A DNA stretch of 64,000 nucleotides from a virus: positions 1 to 64,000 of the IMG/VR virus record IMGVR_UViG_3300033553_000372. One strand, 5' to 3'. Position 1 is the first letter of the stretch, and every line of letters starts with the position of its first letter. Of this stretch, positions 19,501-27,648 are shown piece by piece. The notes beneath the pieces are model-generated. The model saw only the letters and a program-made list of their open reading frames with translations. It had not been told where the DNA came from and searched no databases. A program made the translations under genes and the position numbers.

Positions 19501-21108
19501 GCTATTGAACGTCAATCTGGAACAAACGAAGGTGTTTCATTTGCTACTTCTCCAAGACTATCTAAAGGTGATGTAATCAGGGTACACACGGACGGTAATG
19601 CAAGTGCTTCAAATAATCTATGTCATTTTAACATCTCAAAAGTCGGTAAACCAAACCTATCAAGCGTAGACGTTACGTCTTTCGTTAACATGAAAACTAC
19701 AGATGTTGAAGCTATTGAAGCTTTAACAGCTACTACAACTTCTGGTTCTACGAATACAGGCGTTCCAGTATTAAACATTACAAGAAATACAAATCTTGGA
19801 GTGATTCGAATTGATAGCAGTGCTGCGAATGGAACTAGTTTTGTTGCTTTAAAAGATTGTACTGTAAATATAAATGCTAGTGCTGATGTTACAGCAAATA
19901 CTTTTGTATACATTACAAGAAACGCAACAATATTAACAGCTACTGCTCCAGATGGCATTATCGAAAGAGTGGCTTCAAATGGGACAAATGGCTCTGCATT
20001 TATTGGAACCCAGATTAAGGTTAATGCTGGGGATGTTATAAGATTTCAAAAAGCAGCCGCAGCCGCAGCAAGTTGGAACTATTTAACTCTAACAGCAACA
20101 GCAGACAACAACGCCACAGCTTCACCTACTCAGCAAGTGTCCTCAGACACAATGAGCTTTAACTTTAAAGCTACTGCAATAACTGATACTGATGCTATAG
20201 GGACGTTTAATACTTACACTTATGCTGCTAGTACGAATACTGCAACGATAGCTGGAACTGCTCCAACTCAGACTGTAGCCAGTATGAATGTGAATGGTAT
20301 TCAAGTTTTTGCTAGGGCTGGTATTGCTACAAGTACTGCTGCTTCTCCTTCAAGAGTAGATATTTTTATTGGTAAAGGATTACAAAGCACGAACTTAAGC
20401 TTATTTAAAAGTACAGCTAAAAGTATTATTGGGACAATTGACTATGCTCAAGCTGATGGGAAATTAGATGCTCATGGTTGCAGAATAAAAGAATACAATC
20501 CCACCACTGGGATATTGCAAATAGACGCAGGTGGAGTACTGTACCCTGCTTCAAACACGGTTCACACTTTTCAATTCTCGGATAATACTGAACAAAATAA
20601 TGGTTACGTAACATTTAACGCTTCAAAGTCACCTTCACTGGTCACGATACCAAACTTAGCTCCGAGGATTGCTTATTTGAGTGATGTTAAGCCGAGTGGT
20701 ACGGCTGGAGGTAGTTCAGTTGCAGGGACTCAAACTAGAACACTGAATACGATTGTAGATAATACTGGAATAGTAACTAGTTTAGTAGCTAATCAGTTTG
20801 TATTACCCGCTGGGACGTATTCAATTGAAGCGAGTGCTCCAGCCACCTCATCTGAGCAACATAGAATAAGATTAAGAAATATAAGTGATTCTTTAACTGC
20901 AATTGTCGGTTCATCAGAATATATTCAGTCTACAGCAAATGTTACTACTAGATCACTACTTAGTGGAGAAATTACAATTACTAGTTTAAAAACATTCGAG
21001 TTACAACACTATATAACAACTATTAGGACTACGAATGGATTGGGAGTTGCTTTAGCTTCTGGTGAAAATGAAGTTTACTCAATGTTGAAAATCACAAAAA
21101 TTAAATAA
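16579..21108 (+). CDS. Long modular tail fibre / receptor-binding protein
   Basis: 1509 aa, S/T/G/A-rich, tandem ~140-aa modules ending in GDxIR, C-terminal LPAGTY...FELQH domain. Confidence 0.85.
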   Translation: MAGKIQNADLKSLSELTGLGATKTELLNTDKMYSPKTTNVLETDLRKNNDAATTDPAVGNDSSQNYEPGSRWINVTSGKVFACKSNGVGAAVWIEEVNISATQTLASKTLTSPVLNSPSIVTPIRLDVKQDTKANLITYALTATNGQIVFATDTKEYFAIKDTLLSDLGGGGAGVGGTDILSADQADKSAVTDYTQTGLEILDTPIVLHGTKSFRLQHATSIKSFKKVIPVDKKFRGKNNTVWLDVVSTATQGNLNIIFRDETNSVDLTTSQQITTGSLPVTGTTANASNQLTSLDNVTVNSLKVGMVITGSAIPVGTTITAISTSSATMSQNATGVSTGIRVSALVSKQVYSFNIPANCSSLSWAISTVVEANVESYIDDVVVQLSEFAKTSTSVTVPKNNDFSGRNDGAITIGAVTTAPTKGTVVTDRIISTRSGNRLIADYQYEQSAGGTAGSGDYLYSLPSGLSFDSSVIPYTGAGSALIGASKAFVGSGRISDDVTVMQNAQLIAYSTTSFRVISNYTSGSQNFIGSGVTALTGARSLGFHLDAPISGWSSNETEAKTIELSTSQLVQTPDSNLQFGGFTGALASTGNKIFTLTTPTFVNNFGSSIQYVKDSINGDRFIALVDGNYSFSISGVVTANTSFGLTKNASSLTTAFSGLSASERLIDGTTPGAGLILSFSWTGRLVAGDILRLQSDNSTTISDGGYALISFATSGSLKQLNVSSDSKIIIPTHQLRFEGASSRGSTDTAIVKFDTQAITQGDAWDVVNTAANGTVVTMKKAGKLSVSSGILGAAGLQILLTKNQSILTGSPTNASEIIQSSYANVLSRLVVSAEFNVVIGDKIRISATTAISTDISTALNLSLTENSIPANFSNVLPQWSEGDSSVRLNTANGFGSTATKIRRFTNNPLNEGTAITYTDSATNGASFTINENGVYNISFSDDPNVAGSYAGISLNSGSLTANVQSLAVSEVIAIERQSGTNEGVSFATSPRLSKGDVIRVHTDGNASASNNLCHFNISKVGKPNLSSVDVTSFVNMKTTDVEAIEALTATTTSGSTNTGVPVLNITRNTNLGVIRIDSSAANGTSFVALKDCTVNINASADVTANTFVYITRNATILTATAPDGIIERVASNGTNGSAFIGTQIKVNAGDVIRFQKAAAAAASWNYLTLTATADNNATASPTQQVSSDTMSFNFKATAITDTDAIGTFNTYTYAASTNTATIAGTAPTQTVASMNVNGIQVFARAGIATSTAASPSRVDIFIGKGLQSTNLSLFKSTAKSIIGTIDYAQADGKLDAHGCRIKEYNPTTGILQIDAGGVLYPASNTVHTFQFSDNTEQNNGYVTFNASKSPSLVTIPNLAPRIAYLSDVKPSGTAGGSSVAGTQTRTLNTIVDNTGIVTSLVANQFVLPAGTYSIEASAPATSSEQHRIRLRNISDSLTAIVGSSEYIQSTANVTTRSLLSGEITITSLKTFELQHYITTIRTTNGLGVALASGENEVYSMLKITKIK

Positions 21109-21116
21109 GGAATTAT

Positions 21117-21959
21117 ATGAACTATAAAAAAGTATTAGAGTATTTAGGCTTCATTGATGGAAAGGATTTTGCTTTAAACGCAATATCTTTTGATATGCTT
21201 CAACAATCAAGAATGATTCCAGAGATTATCCATCATGATTTAGTCCCTGCGGTTTTAGATACTGATGGAGTTACTATCTTAACAGAAGAAATTCCAGCTT
21301 ATGATGAAACAGTTATGATTCATCATCTAGAATCTCCAGAAGTGTTAGAAGTTTTAGATACTGATGGAGTCACTGTGCTAGTTCCATATTCCCCTTATGT
21401 TGCTGCTTACGATGAAGTCTCAATGATTCAAGAATTATTTACTTTAACTTCTCCAACTCAATTACAATTAGATGAAACTTGGAAGCAAGTTCAATTATCT
21501 GATACAGACATTGCTCTATTAGTAAGTGAGTATTTGAAAAATCCATTATTTATTAAAGATCAAGAAAATGATTCAATCAATATAGTTAATGGTAATATTC
21601 ATTCATGGAATTTTAAAAATATACCTCAACCAACTATCGATGAACTAGTGGCTTTAATTGCTCCAATGACATTAAAAAATACAAAAGCAAAAATGTTAAG
21701 TGATTTAAAAGAAGCCGGTAAAAAAGATAGAGAAATGTGCGAAAATGTTTTAAATCTTATTGATGGTTTTAACAGAACTAGAGTTCTAACAAGCCAACAA
21801 GTAACAGATATGCAAACAGCATTCTCAACAATCCTTTTATTGCTTCAGGCAAATAGACCATCTTCTGCTAAAGTTTTAATTACAGCAATAGTTCCAGATG
21901 AAATCCTGGTAACAACTGAAATGAAAAATCTGATACTGGAAGAACTGATCAACGCTTAA
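21117..21959 (+). CDS. Tail fibre assembly/chaperone-like protein
   Basis: Directly after the fibre; W....PQPTIDEL motif; internal VLDTDGVT...AYDE duplication. Confidence 0.5.
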   Translation: MNYKKVLEYLGFIDGKDFALNAISFDMLQQSRMIPEIIHHDLVPAVLDTDGVTILTEEIPAYDETVMIHHLESPEVLEVLDTDGVTVLVPYSPYVAAYDEVSMIQELFTLTSPTQLQLDETWKQVQLSDTDIALLVSEYLKNPLFIKDQENDSINIVNGNIHSWNFKNIPQPTIDELVALIAPMTLKNTKAKMLSDLKEAGKKDREMCENVLNLIDGFNRTRVLTSQQVTDMQTAFSTILLLLQANRPSSAKVLITAIVPDEILVTTEMKNLILEELINA

Positions 21960-21960
21960 A

Positions 21961-21972
21961 AATTGTAAAGAT
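21961..21972 (+). promoter_or_regulatory. Candidate late-promoter motif AATTGTAAAGAT
   Basis: Identical 12-mer at 60871-60882; both copies are intergenic. Confidence 0.4.
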
Positions 21973-21983
21973 ATTTCATAAGC

Positions 21984-22010
21984 AAAGGGGATCAATTGAA
22001 TCCCCTTTTT
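21984..22010 (+). terminator. Hairpin with T-tract overlapping the holin translation start
   Basis: AAAGGGGAT-caattga-ATCCCCTTT followed by TT. Confidence 0.6.
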
Positions 22011-22475
22011 AGTTTTAGGAAGACCATCATGGATAAAGCGCCACATTTAGATATAGAAGGTATGAAGGAAATCATATTTAAGATTATCGGATTCTCTAAC
22101 CTAAAGTGGCTCATGTCGTTTATTTTTTTATTATTTAGTTGGATATTTAACGGGAGTGCCGAAATACTAGCAACAATTTACATTTTGATCTTATTGGATA
22201 CTATTACAGGATTAAGGATTGCTTCTATAAAAAAAGAAGTTAGTTCTCATAAGTTTTTTAGAGTGGCAACGAAGTGTTTAGTTTATTTTATAATGTTGAT
22301 CATAGGTCGCTTAGTTGATAAACATGTACCTATAAAATTCGCCGCACCAATTATGGACTCATTTTTAGTTATTACTGAATCCATATCTATATTAGAAAAT
22401 TTTTCAAAACTAGGCTACCCTGTTCCAACTATGTTGGTTAATAAACTGAAATCTTACTATGAGAAAAAAGAATGA
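21996..22475 (+). CDS. Holin (phage holin family 4-like); start may be 22029 or 22062
   Basis: Hydrophobic TM segments with LDTITG, SS and ESISILEN..KLG.PVP family motifs. Confidence 0.85.
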   Translation: MNPLFSFRKTIMDKAPHLDIEGMKEIIFKIIGFSNLKWLMSFIFLLFSWIFNGSAEILATIYILILLDTITGLRIASIKKEVSSHKFFRVATKCLVYFIMLIIGRLVDKHVPIKFAAPIMDSFLVITESISILENFSKLGYPVPTMLVNKLKSYYEKKE

Positions 22476-25400
22476 GTTGCGGTGGAAATTTAGGTAAATT
22501 TAGGTGGTTTTATTCTGGAAATCAAGTAGGTTGCTTCAACCACATGGGCTGCTTTAACTTTGTGGCTGGTGGACCAATTGGGTCTGGAATTTCAGCTGGA
22601 ACTTTATATAAGAAATTTTTTCCAGGAGAAATTTCAAGAGCATTATGGGAATACCCGACAGCTCAATTGAACCAAAAGTTATTAGATGCGTCGCATCCTT
22701 TCATCGATTTAGAGTGGATCGCTGATATAGAAATTTCACCAACAGTAATTTTTAGAGTAAGTGATAAAAATTTATATGTTCAAGATAAAGGTGGATTAGG
22801 TAGATTTTATGAAGCCAGAGTTCAAAAAGCTCCAAACATAAATATAACCTTAGGTGAATGGTTAGCTCCAAATTTTGAAATTGGCGATTTAAAAATAGAA
22901 ATAAATAATAGAGATGGATTTTTTAATGATTATCTTCCACATGGTATCAATTATCTCCAATGGATTGGTGCAAAGATCTCAATTAAAGTTGGTTTTGGAG
23001 AATTACTTTCTAACTATCATGAAATTTTTAGAGGCTTCGTATCTCAAAAACAAGGTATCACATCGACTAACGAAACGATTGTCTTAAAGTGTTATGATAG
23101 AGCTTCTCAAGATGAAATAAGTATTCCAGCAACTAGTTTCGATAGAACAAATTATCCAGAAACAGATAAAGAAAACATCGGTAAACCAGTTCCTATAGTT
23201 TATGGTGACTGGACAGAAGAGGTAGGCGAATATGGAGAAATCCCAGCATTTTGCTCTAATGCTCAAGATGAATCAGCTGATAGTTATATTTGGAACATTT
23301 CTGAAAATGCTCTCGAGTCAATTGGTAATGTCTACTTACACCGTGGAGATAACGTAGCAGACAAAGATGGACCTATTTTATTATTAGATAGCGCTATTTT
23401 CAAATATCCAGAAGATGGTAAAATAGAAGTGCCATCAACTATTCCAACTTTATCAAAAGGTTATCTATTATTAGATCGCGTAAGAGCTGGATTGGGATCA
23501 GGCGCCAACACTTTAGTTTCAGACTCTAGTCAAACTGATTATGTAAAAATTGGTGTTCAAATAAATGATATAATTATTCGCGACAATGATCCACTACAAT
23601 ATATTATCACATCCGTGTCATCTGGAATATTAACAACTTCAGCTGGAACATTTGCTCAAAATGACAACTATAGGATACTAACAGACAAATATAAATTTAA
23701 AGCTGGCGATAAAATTTCCATACTATGTAAAGGTAAAAATGTATCACTTCTTTCCGTTAATAGGATTGCTGATTCAGGATTAATAGGTATTAATCCAAGA
23801 TCATTATCTGTGGCGCTCGATAATACATATTGGACTATAGACAATGACGCGCAAAAGATTTATAATATATCGTTTGAAAACATATTAATTAAAACGATTA
23901 ATTTTTCCGATGTTGATCCGTCAATAACTTTCATATCTTCTCTAGTGTTTCAAAACGATAGAAGTCTTTGGTTATTAGAGAGAAATCAATCAAAAATTTA
24001 TAGATATTTGCCTGATGAAAATATATTAGGATTAAACTTTACCACGGTTCAAACCGAAATAGCCGCTTTGTTACCCAATGCAGCGGCAATAACAATTGAT
24101 GAAGGAAATATATTAACTATTTATGATAATGATCTCGGTCAATTTTATCGTATAGCTCCATATTCGCCTACAAAAGCAATTGTAGCCCAGTTCCATCGAA
24201 GCGTTTTTGCAGTTACAGCCTTAGATATTTATGATTTAGCGTTTGATGTGAACTTAGTTCACTTATTAGTAATTGATAGAAGCACAAATAAATTTTTTAG
24301 AGTTGATCCGAGCAACGGTTCTCTAATAGCGTCAAGTGATTTTAATTTAACTATAGTATCTAGTGCCATAACTTTTCCAGTTGGTGTAGGTTATTATATT
24401 GATGGGACTATATTTTTTCTAAATAAAGCAGACATATCAATTTATAACTATAATGAATTTCCAGAATCATCAACTAATATTGGATTTATTTGTAGAGATA
24501 TTCTTCAATCTTATGCTGGAAAAACTAGTTTTGATTTTGATTTATTATGGAATGAAACAAGTAGAAATGATTTATCTGAATATAAAGCAAGAGTTTACAT
24601 TAATGAAAAAGTTAATGCTATAAATCAAGTATTCAAATTATTAAGCTCTTTTAATGCTAATGCATACATTAGATTTCAAAAATACGCTTTATTTCAAATT
24701 AATTTTCAAAACTTTCGAGTTGATGGTGACATAATAAGAGAAGGCGATATAAAATTAGGGACATTTAATCCTTCAAAAGAATATAATCAATATTTCAATA
24801 CGTCTTTAGCTAAATATAAAGAGCTTCCATTTTCTGAAACAAGTATAGTTAGCGACGTATATGCTTCACCATCAGGAATAAAGTTAGCTGGCAGAGAAAT
24901 ATCAAAAACTTTAGATATGTCTCCAGTTTATTTAAGATCAGATTTAGATAAATTGGTACCATTATTTCTAAGACTAGCAGCCGCGGAGCCGGAGTTTGTT
25001 AATCTAACTGTAGGATTTAGATTTTTATTTATTCAGCCTTCTACTTTTTTTAATATCAACTTTATTAATATTGAAGATAATAAGATTAGCGGAAGAAGAT
25101 ATGAAATGATTCCTTCATTTGTTAGGTCTATAAATGTAGATCTAAACACAATGGAGATTAAATTAAAACTTTGGTCACTAGGAACTACTCAGTTTGGAAA
25201 CTTTGTTCCGGCTGGAATAACAGGCGGTGGAGAAAATGATCAAATTATTTTAACAAATCTTGGAACTGTAGGATATGTAGCTCCAATTGGAGCAATTACC
25301 ACATCATCTTTGAATTCTGTTGATTTGGAATTAGTTGGTGGAATAAATGCTCAATTAAGAACTGATAGTATTGTTGGAAAAGCCTGGAAACAAGGCTTTA

Positions 25401-25747
25401 AGGTAGACCTTATTGATGGGCTTACACAAGAAGTTGTTGAATCAAAAGAAATTTTATCTGTTATAGGCAACACTATTACATTTGTTAATAACTTAAATAA
25501 CTTAATTCTACCAACGGTTAGAAATTCCGCAAATTATATTATTGGTGGACATTATCTGAGGTTCTCAAGCTATAACTTATCAGACCAAACACAAACAGCG
25601 CAATTTGCATATTTCTCTAAACCTATAGACGGTTACCCAACAACAACTTCGAAAGAGATTGAAGAGCTGAGAGCTGGAAAGCATAAATTTGATGATGGAA
25701 GACTATCATATGTTCTTCATCCGTTTGATTATATTCCACAAGTTTAG
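22472..25747 (+). CDS. Tail tip/baseplate hub protein with beta-propeller insertion
   Basis: 1091 aa; INNRDGFF and GKPVPIVYGD motifs; NHL/YVTN-like repeats in the middle. Confidence 0.7.
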   Translation: MSCGGNLGKFRWFYSGNQVGCFNHMGCFNFVAGGPIGSGISAGTLYKKFFPGEISRALWEYPTAQLNQKLLDASHPFIDLEWIADIEISPTVIFRVSDKNLYVQDKGGLGRFYEARVQKAPNINITLGEWLAPNFEIGDLKIEINNRDGFFNDYLPHGINYLQWIGAKISIKVGFGELLSNYHEIFRGFVSQKQGITSTNETIVLKCYDRASQDEISIPATSFDRTNYPETDKENIGKPVPIVYGDWTEEVGEYGEIPAFCSNAQDESADSYIWNISENALESIGNVYLHRGDNVADKDGPILLLDSAIFKYPEDGKIEVPSTIPTLSKGYLLLDRVRAGLGSGANTLVSDSSQTDYVKIGVQINDIIIRDNDPLQYIITSVSSGILTTSAGTFAQNDNYRILTDKYKFKAGDKISILCKGKNVSLLSVNRIADSGLIGINPRSLSVALDNTYWTIDNDAQKIYNISFENILIKTINFSDVDPSITFISSLVFQNDRSLWLLERNQSKIYRYLPDENILGLNFTTVQTEIAALLPNAAAITIDEGNILTIYDNDLGQFYRIAPYSPTKAIVAQFHRSVFAVTALDIYDLAFDVNLVHLLVIDRSTNKFFRVDPSNGSLIASSDFNLTIVSSAITFPVGVGYYIDGTIFFLNKADISIYNYNEFPESSTNIGFICRDILQSYAGKTSFDFDLLWNETSRNDLSEYKARVYINEKVNAINQVFKLLSSFNANAYIRFQKYALFQINFQNFRVDGDIIREGDIKLGTFNPSKEYNQYFNTSLAKYKELPFSETSIVSDVYASPSGIKLAGREISKTLDMSPVYLRSDLDKLVPLFLRLAAAEPEFVNLTVGFRFLFIQPSTFFNINFINIEDNKISGRRYEMIPSFVRSINVDLNTMEIKLKLWSLGTTQFGNFVPAGITGGGENDQIILTNLGTVGYVAPIGAITTSSLNSVDLELVGGINAQLRTDSIVGKAWKQGFKVDLIDGLTQEVVESKEILSVIGNTITFVNNLNNLILPTVRNSANYIIGGHYLRFSSYNLSDQTQTAQFAYFSKPIDGYPTTTSKEIEELRAGKHKFDDGRLSYVLHPFDYIPQV

Positions 25748-25762
25748 AGGTAAAATAATTAT

Positions 25763-26293
25763 ATGACTATAAATATACCACAATTAAAACCTTCAAGAAT
25801 TTATGCTAATGAGTCAAACTTTGGCTCATCCGCTGCCTCTTTTATTTGGAAGAAGATAGTTAATAATCAAAATTGGATAGAGAAGAATATTCCAATAGGC
25901 TACATTATTTATCTTTATTCATCTCAAACATTGGCTAATGGTTTTCCAATTGATTTGCCTAATCCAAATATTTGGGTAAAATGTAACGGAACATTAATAT
26001 CAGATATCAATTCTCCTCTAAATGGACAAACTACACCAGATTTAAGAAATAAATTTTTTAAAGGAAATTCTACTATAGGATTGCTTGGTGGACAATCGAC
26101 AATTAATCTTCAACATAATCACGGTGGACAAACTGGCGTAACAGATGATAGACAACCAGATGTTCAAGCAGACGCTGGTGGTGGATATAATACCGGAGCG
26201 CCTCATACGCACTCAATAAATAGTCAACTTTCTACTGTTGAGCCTATTATACCTCCTTATGTTGAGTTACAAATTTATATGAGGTACAAATAA
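25763..26293 (+). CDS. Tail collar-domain protein, paralogue 1
   Basis: PIG...W.KCNG...PDLRNKF, HNH/HTH motifs, PPY...YMRYK. Confidence 0.8.
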   Translation: MTINIPQLKPSRIYANESNFGSSAASFIWKKIVNNQNWIEKNIPIGYIIYLYSSQTLANGFPIDLPNPNIWVKCNGTLISDINSPLNGQTTPDLRNKFFKGNSTIGLLGGQSTINLQHNHGGQTGVTDDRQPDVQADAGGGYNTGAPHTHSINSQLSTVEPIIPPYVELQIYMRYK

Positions 26294-26820
26294 TGGCTAC
26301 AAATTCAGATAAATTAGATAATGTAGGATATTCAGATTTTGGAGATGTTGTTTCAATTGAATTAGCTGAAGCAATGAGAAAAAATTTAGACTTTTTAAGA
26401 GCCGTTTGTGCAATTGGAGAAATAGCTCCTATCATGGTTAATATTCCAGGAGTTCCTTTACCAAATCCAGACTATTTTCAAGAATGTGATGGATCAGAAA
26501 TAGTAAATGAAAATTCTCCACTTAGATCTTTAGGTCTTACTCAAAGATTTACTCCAAATATGATTGATAGATATATTATAATTACCCCAACCGGAGGCCA
26601 AACTGCTGGTCAAGCTGGCGGATATAATAATACATATGCATTCAAACATAATCACTCTGGCTATACTGGATCTGTTGGATCAAACAGCGACAGTGATCAC
26701 TCGCATTCAGCAAGAGAAGCTGCATTCTCACATAACCACACTATAGCAGATGCTTTTCCAAGCCCAATAAATGTTGAGCCTCCATTTTATACAGTAAAAT
26801 TTTATATGAGGATCCAATGA
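26293..26820 (+). CDS. Tail collar-domain protein, paralogue 2
   Basis: AIGEI...CDGS...PNMIDRY, HNH motifs, PPFY...YMRIQ. Confidence 0.8.
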   Translation: MATNSDKLDNVGYSDFGDVVSIELAEAMRKNLDFLRAVCAIGEIAPIMVNIPGVPLPNPDYFQECDGSEIVNENSPLRSLGLTQRFTPNMIDRYIIITPTGGQTAGQAGGYNNTYAFKHNHSGYTGSVGSNSDSDHSHSAREAAFSHNHTIADAFPSPINVEPPFYTVKFYMRIQ

Positions 26821-27341
26821 GTATATTAACGCCAGTAGTTATTAGCCCTATTCATAATTCTGAAACAGACTATTTATCTTCAATTAATGAAGAAACTTTA
26901 CATAAGCTGATTGCAAATAATAATTGGTTATTGGACTTAAGACCAATTGGGTCTATTGTTTTTATTAACACAAACCAAGCTGGAGCATCAACTCCAGATT
27001 CAAATGTTTATCAAATATGCGATGGGTCTGAAATTACACACCCAAACTCTCCAATAAGATCAATAGGATTAAATCAAAGATTCACTCCAGACTTAAGAGA
27101 CAAGTATCCTCGTGGAGCAAACAGTTATGTGGTAAATCCAATTGGTGGAACTTGGGATCATAATGTTTCGCACGCACATTCTACTGGTGGACCATCAGCA
27201 ATTGGTGGAACTATTGATACAAAAGGCGACAGAAGAAGAAGAGATTTTCACACACATTCTATATCAAGTGCATTAGCTTCAACTTTAGTTGTAGAAACTC
27301 CAGCTTATATAGTATATAATGCATACATGAAAATTTCATAA
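26817..27341 (+). CDS. Tail collar-domain protein, paralogue 3
   Basis: PIGSI...CDGS...PDLRDKYPRG, HAH/HTH motifs, PAY...YMKIS. Confidence 0.8.
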   Translation: MSILTPVVISPIHNSETDYLSSINEETLHKLIANNNWLLDLRPIGSIVFINTNQAGASTPDSNVYQICDGSEITHPNSPIRSIGLNQRFTPDLRDKYPRGANSYVVNPIGGTWDHNVSHAHSTGGPSAIGGTIDTKGDRRRRDFHTHSISSALASTLVVETPAYIVYNAYMKIS

Positions 27342-27351
27342 GGACAAAAAT

Positions 27352-27648
27352 ATGTTTAACTTCGTCATTCTTCTAAATCAAGCTCCATTTTATATTTTTT
27401 CTGAAACAGAAAAAGACGTTTTAAAAACTGTAGGAGTTTATAGAGAAAAGGTAATTGGCGTAATTGAAGGCCAAAATCTTAATATGAAAGAATTAGAGGT
27501 AAGCGTTCAATTAAAAAACCAAAATGTAAAAGCTATAGATTTTGTAGAAATAGTAAATGAAGATTATAAGAAAAATAAAGTAGAAGTTTTATTAGATCCA
27601 GAAGAGCATCAAGATATGATTGATGATTTAGAATTAGGTATCGATTAA
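27352..27648 (+). CDS. Hypothetical protein (possible fibre chaperone)
   Basis: 98-aa ORF with AGGA SD, last gene of the tail operon. Confidence 0.6.
   Translation: MFNFVILLNQAPFYIFSETEKDVLKTVGVYREKVIGVIEGQNLNMKELEVSVQLKNQNVKAIDFVEIVNEDYKKNKVEVLLDPEEHQDMIDDLELGID

Noticed and set aside
7947-20614. Minus-strand and alternate-frame ORFs in the ORF track (e.g. 8177-8632, 11015-11287, 16773-17066, 19623-19958; likewise 41002-41427)
   Set aside because: They lie wholly within long motif-bearing genes, lack SDs and look like antisense shadows.
16579-27341. Diversity-generating retroelement or invertible fibre cassette
   Set aside because: No reverse transcriptase, invertase or near-identical TR/VR nucleotide pair seen; similarity among modules and paralogues is old and mostly at protein level.
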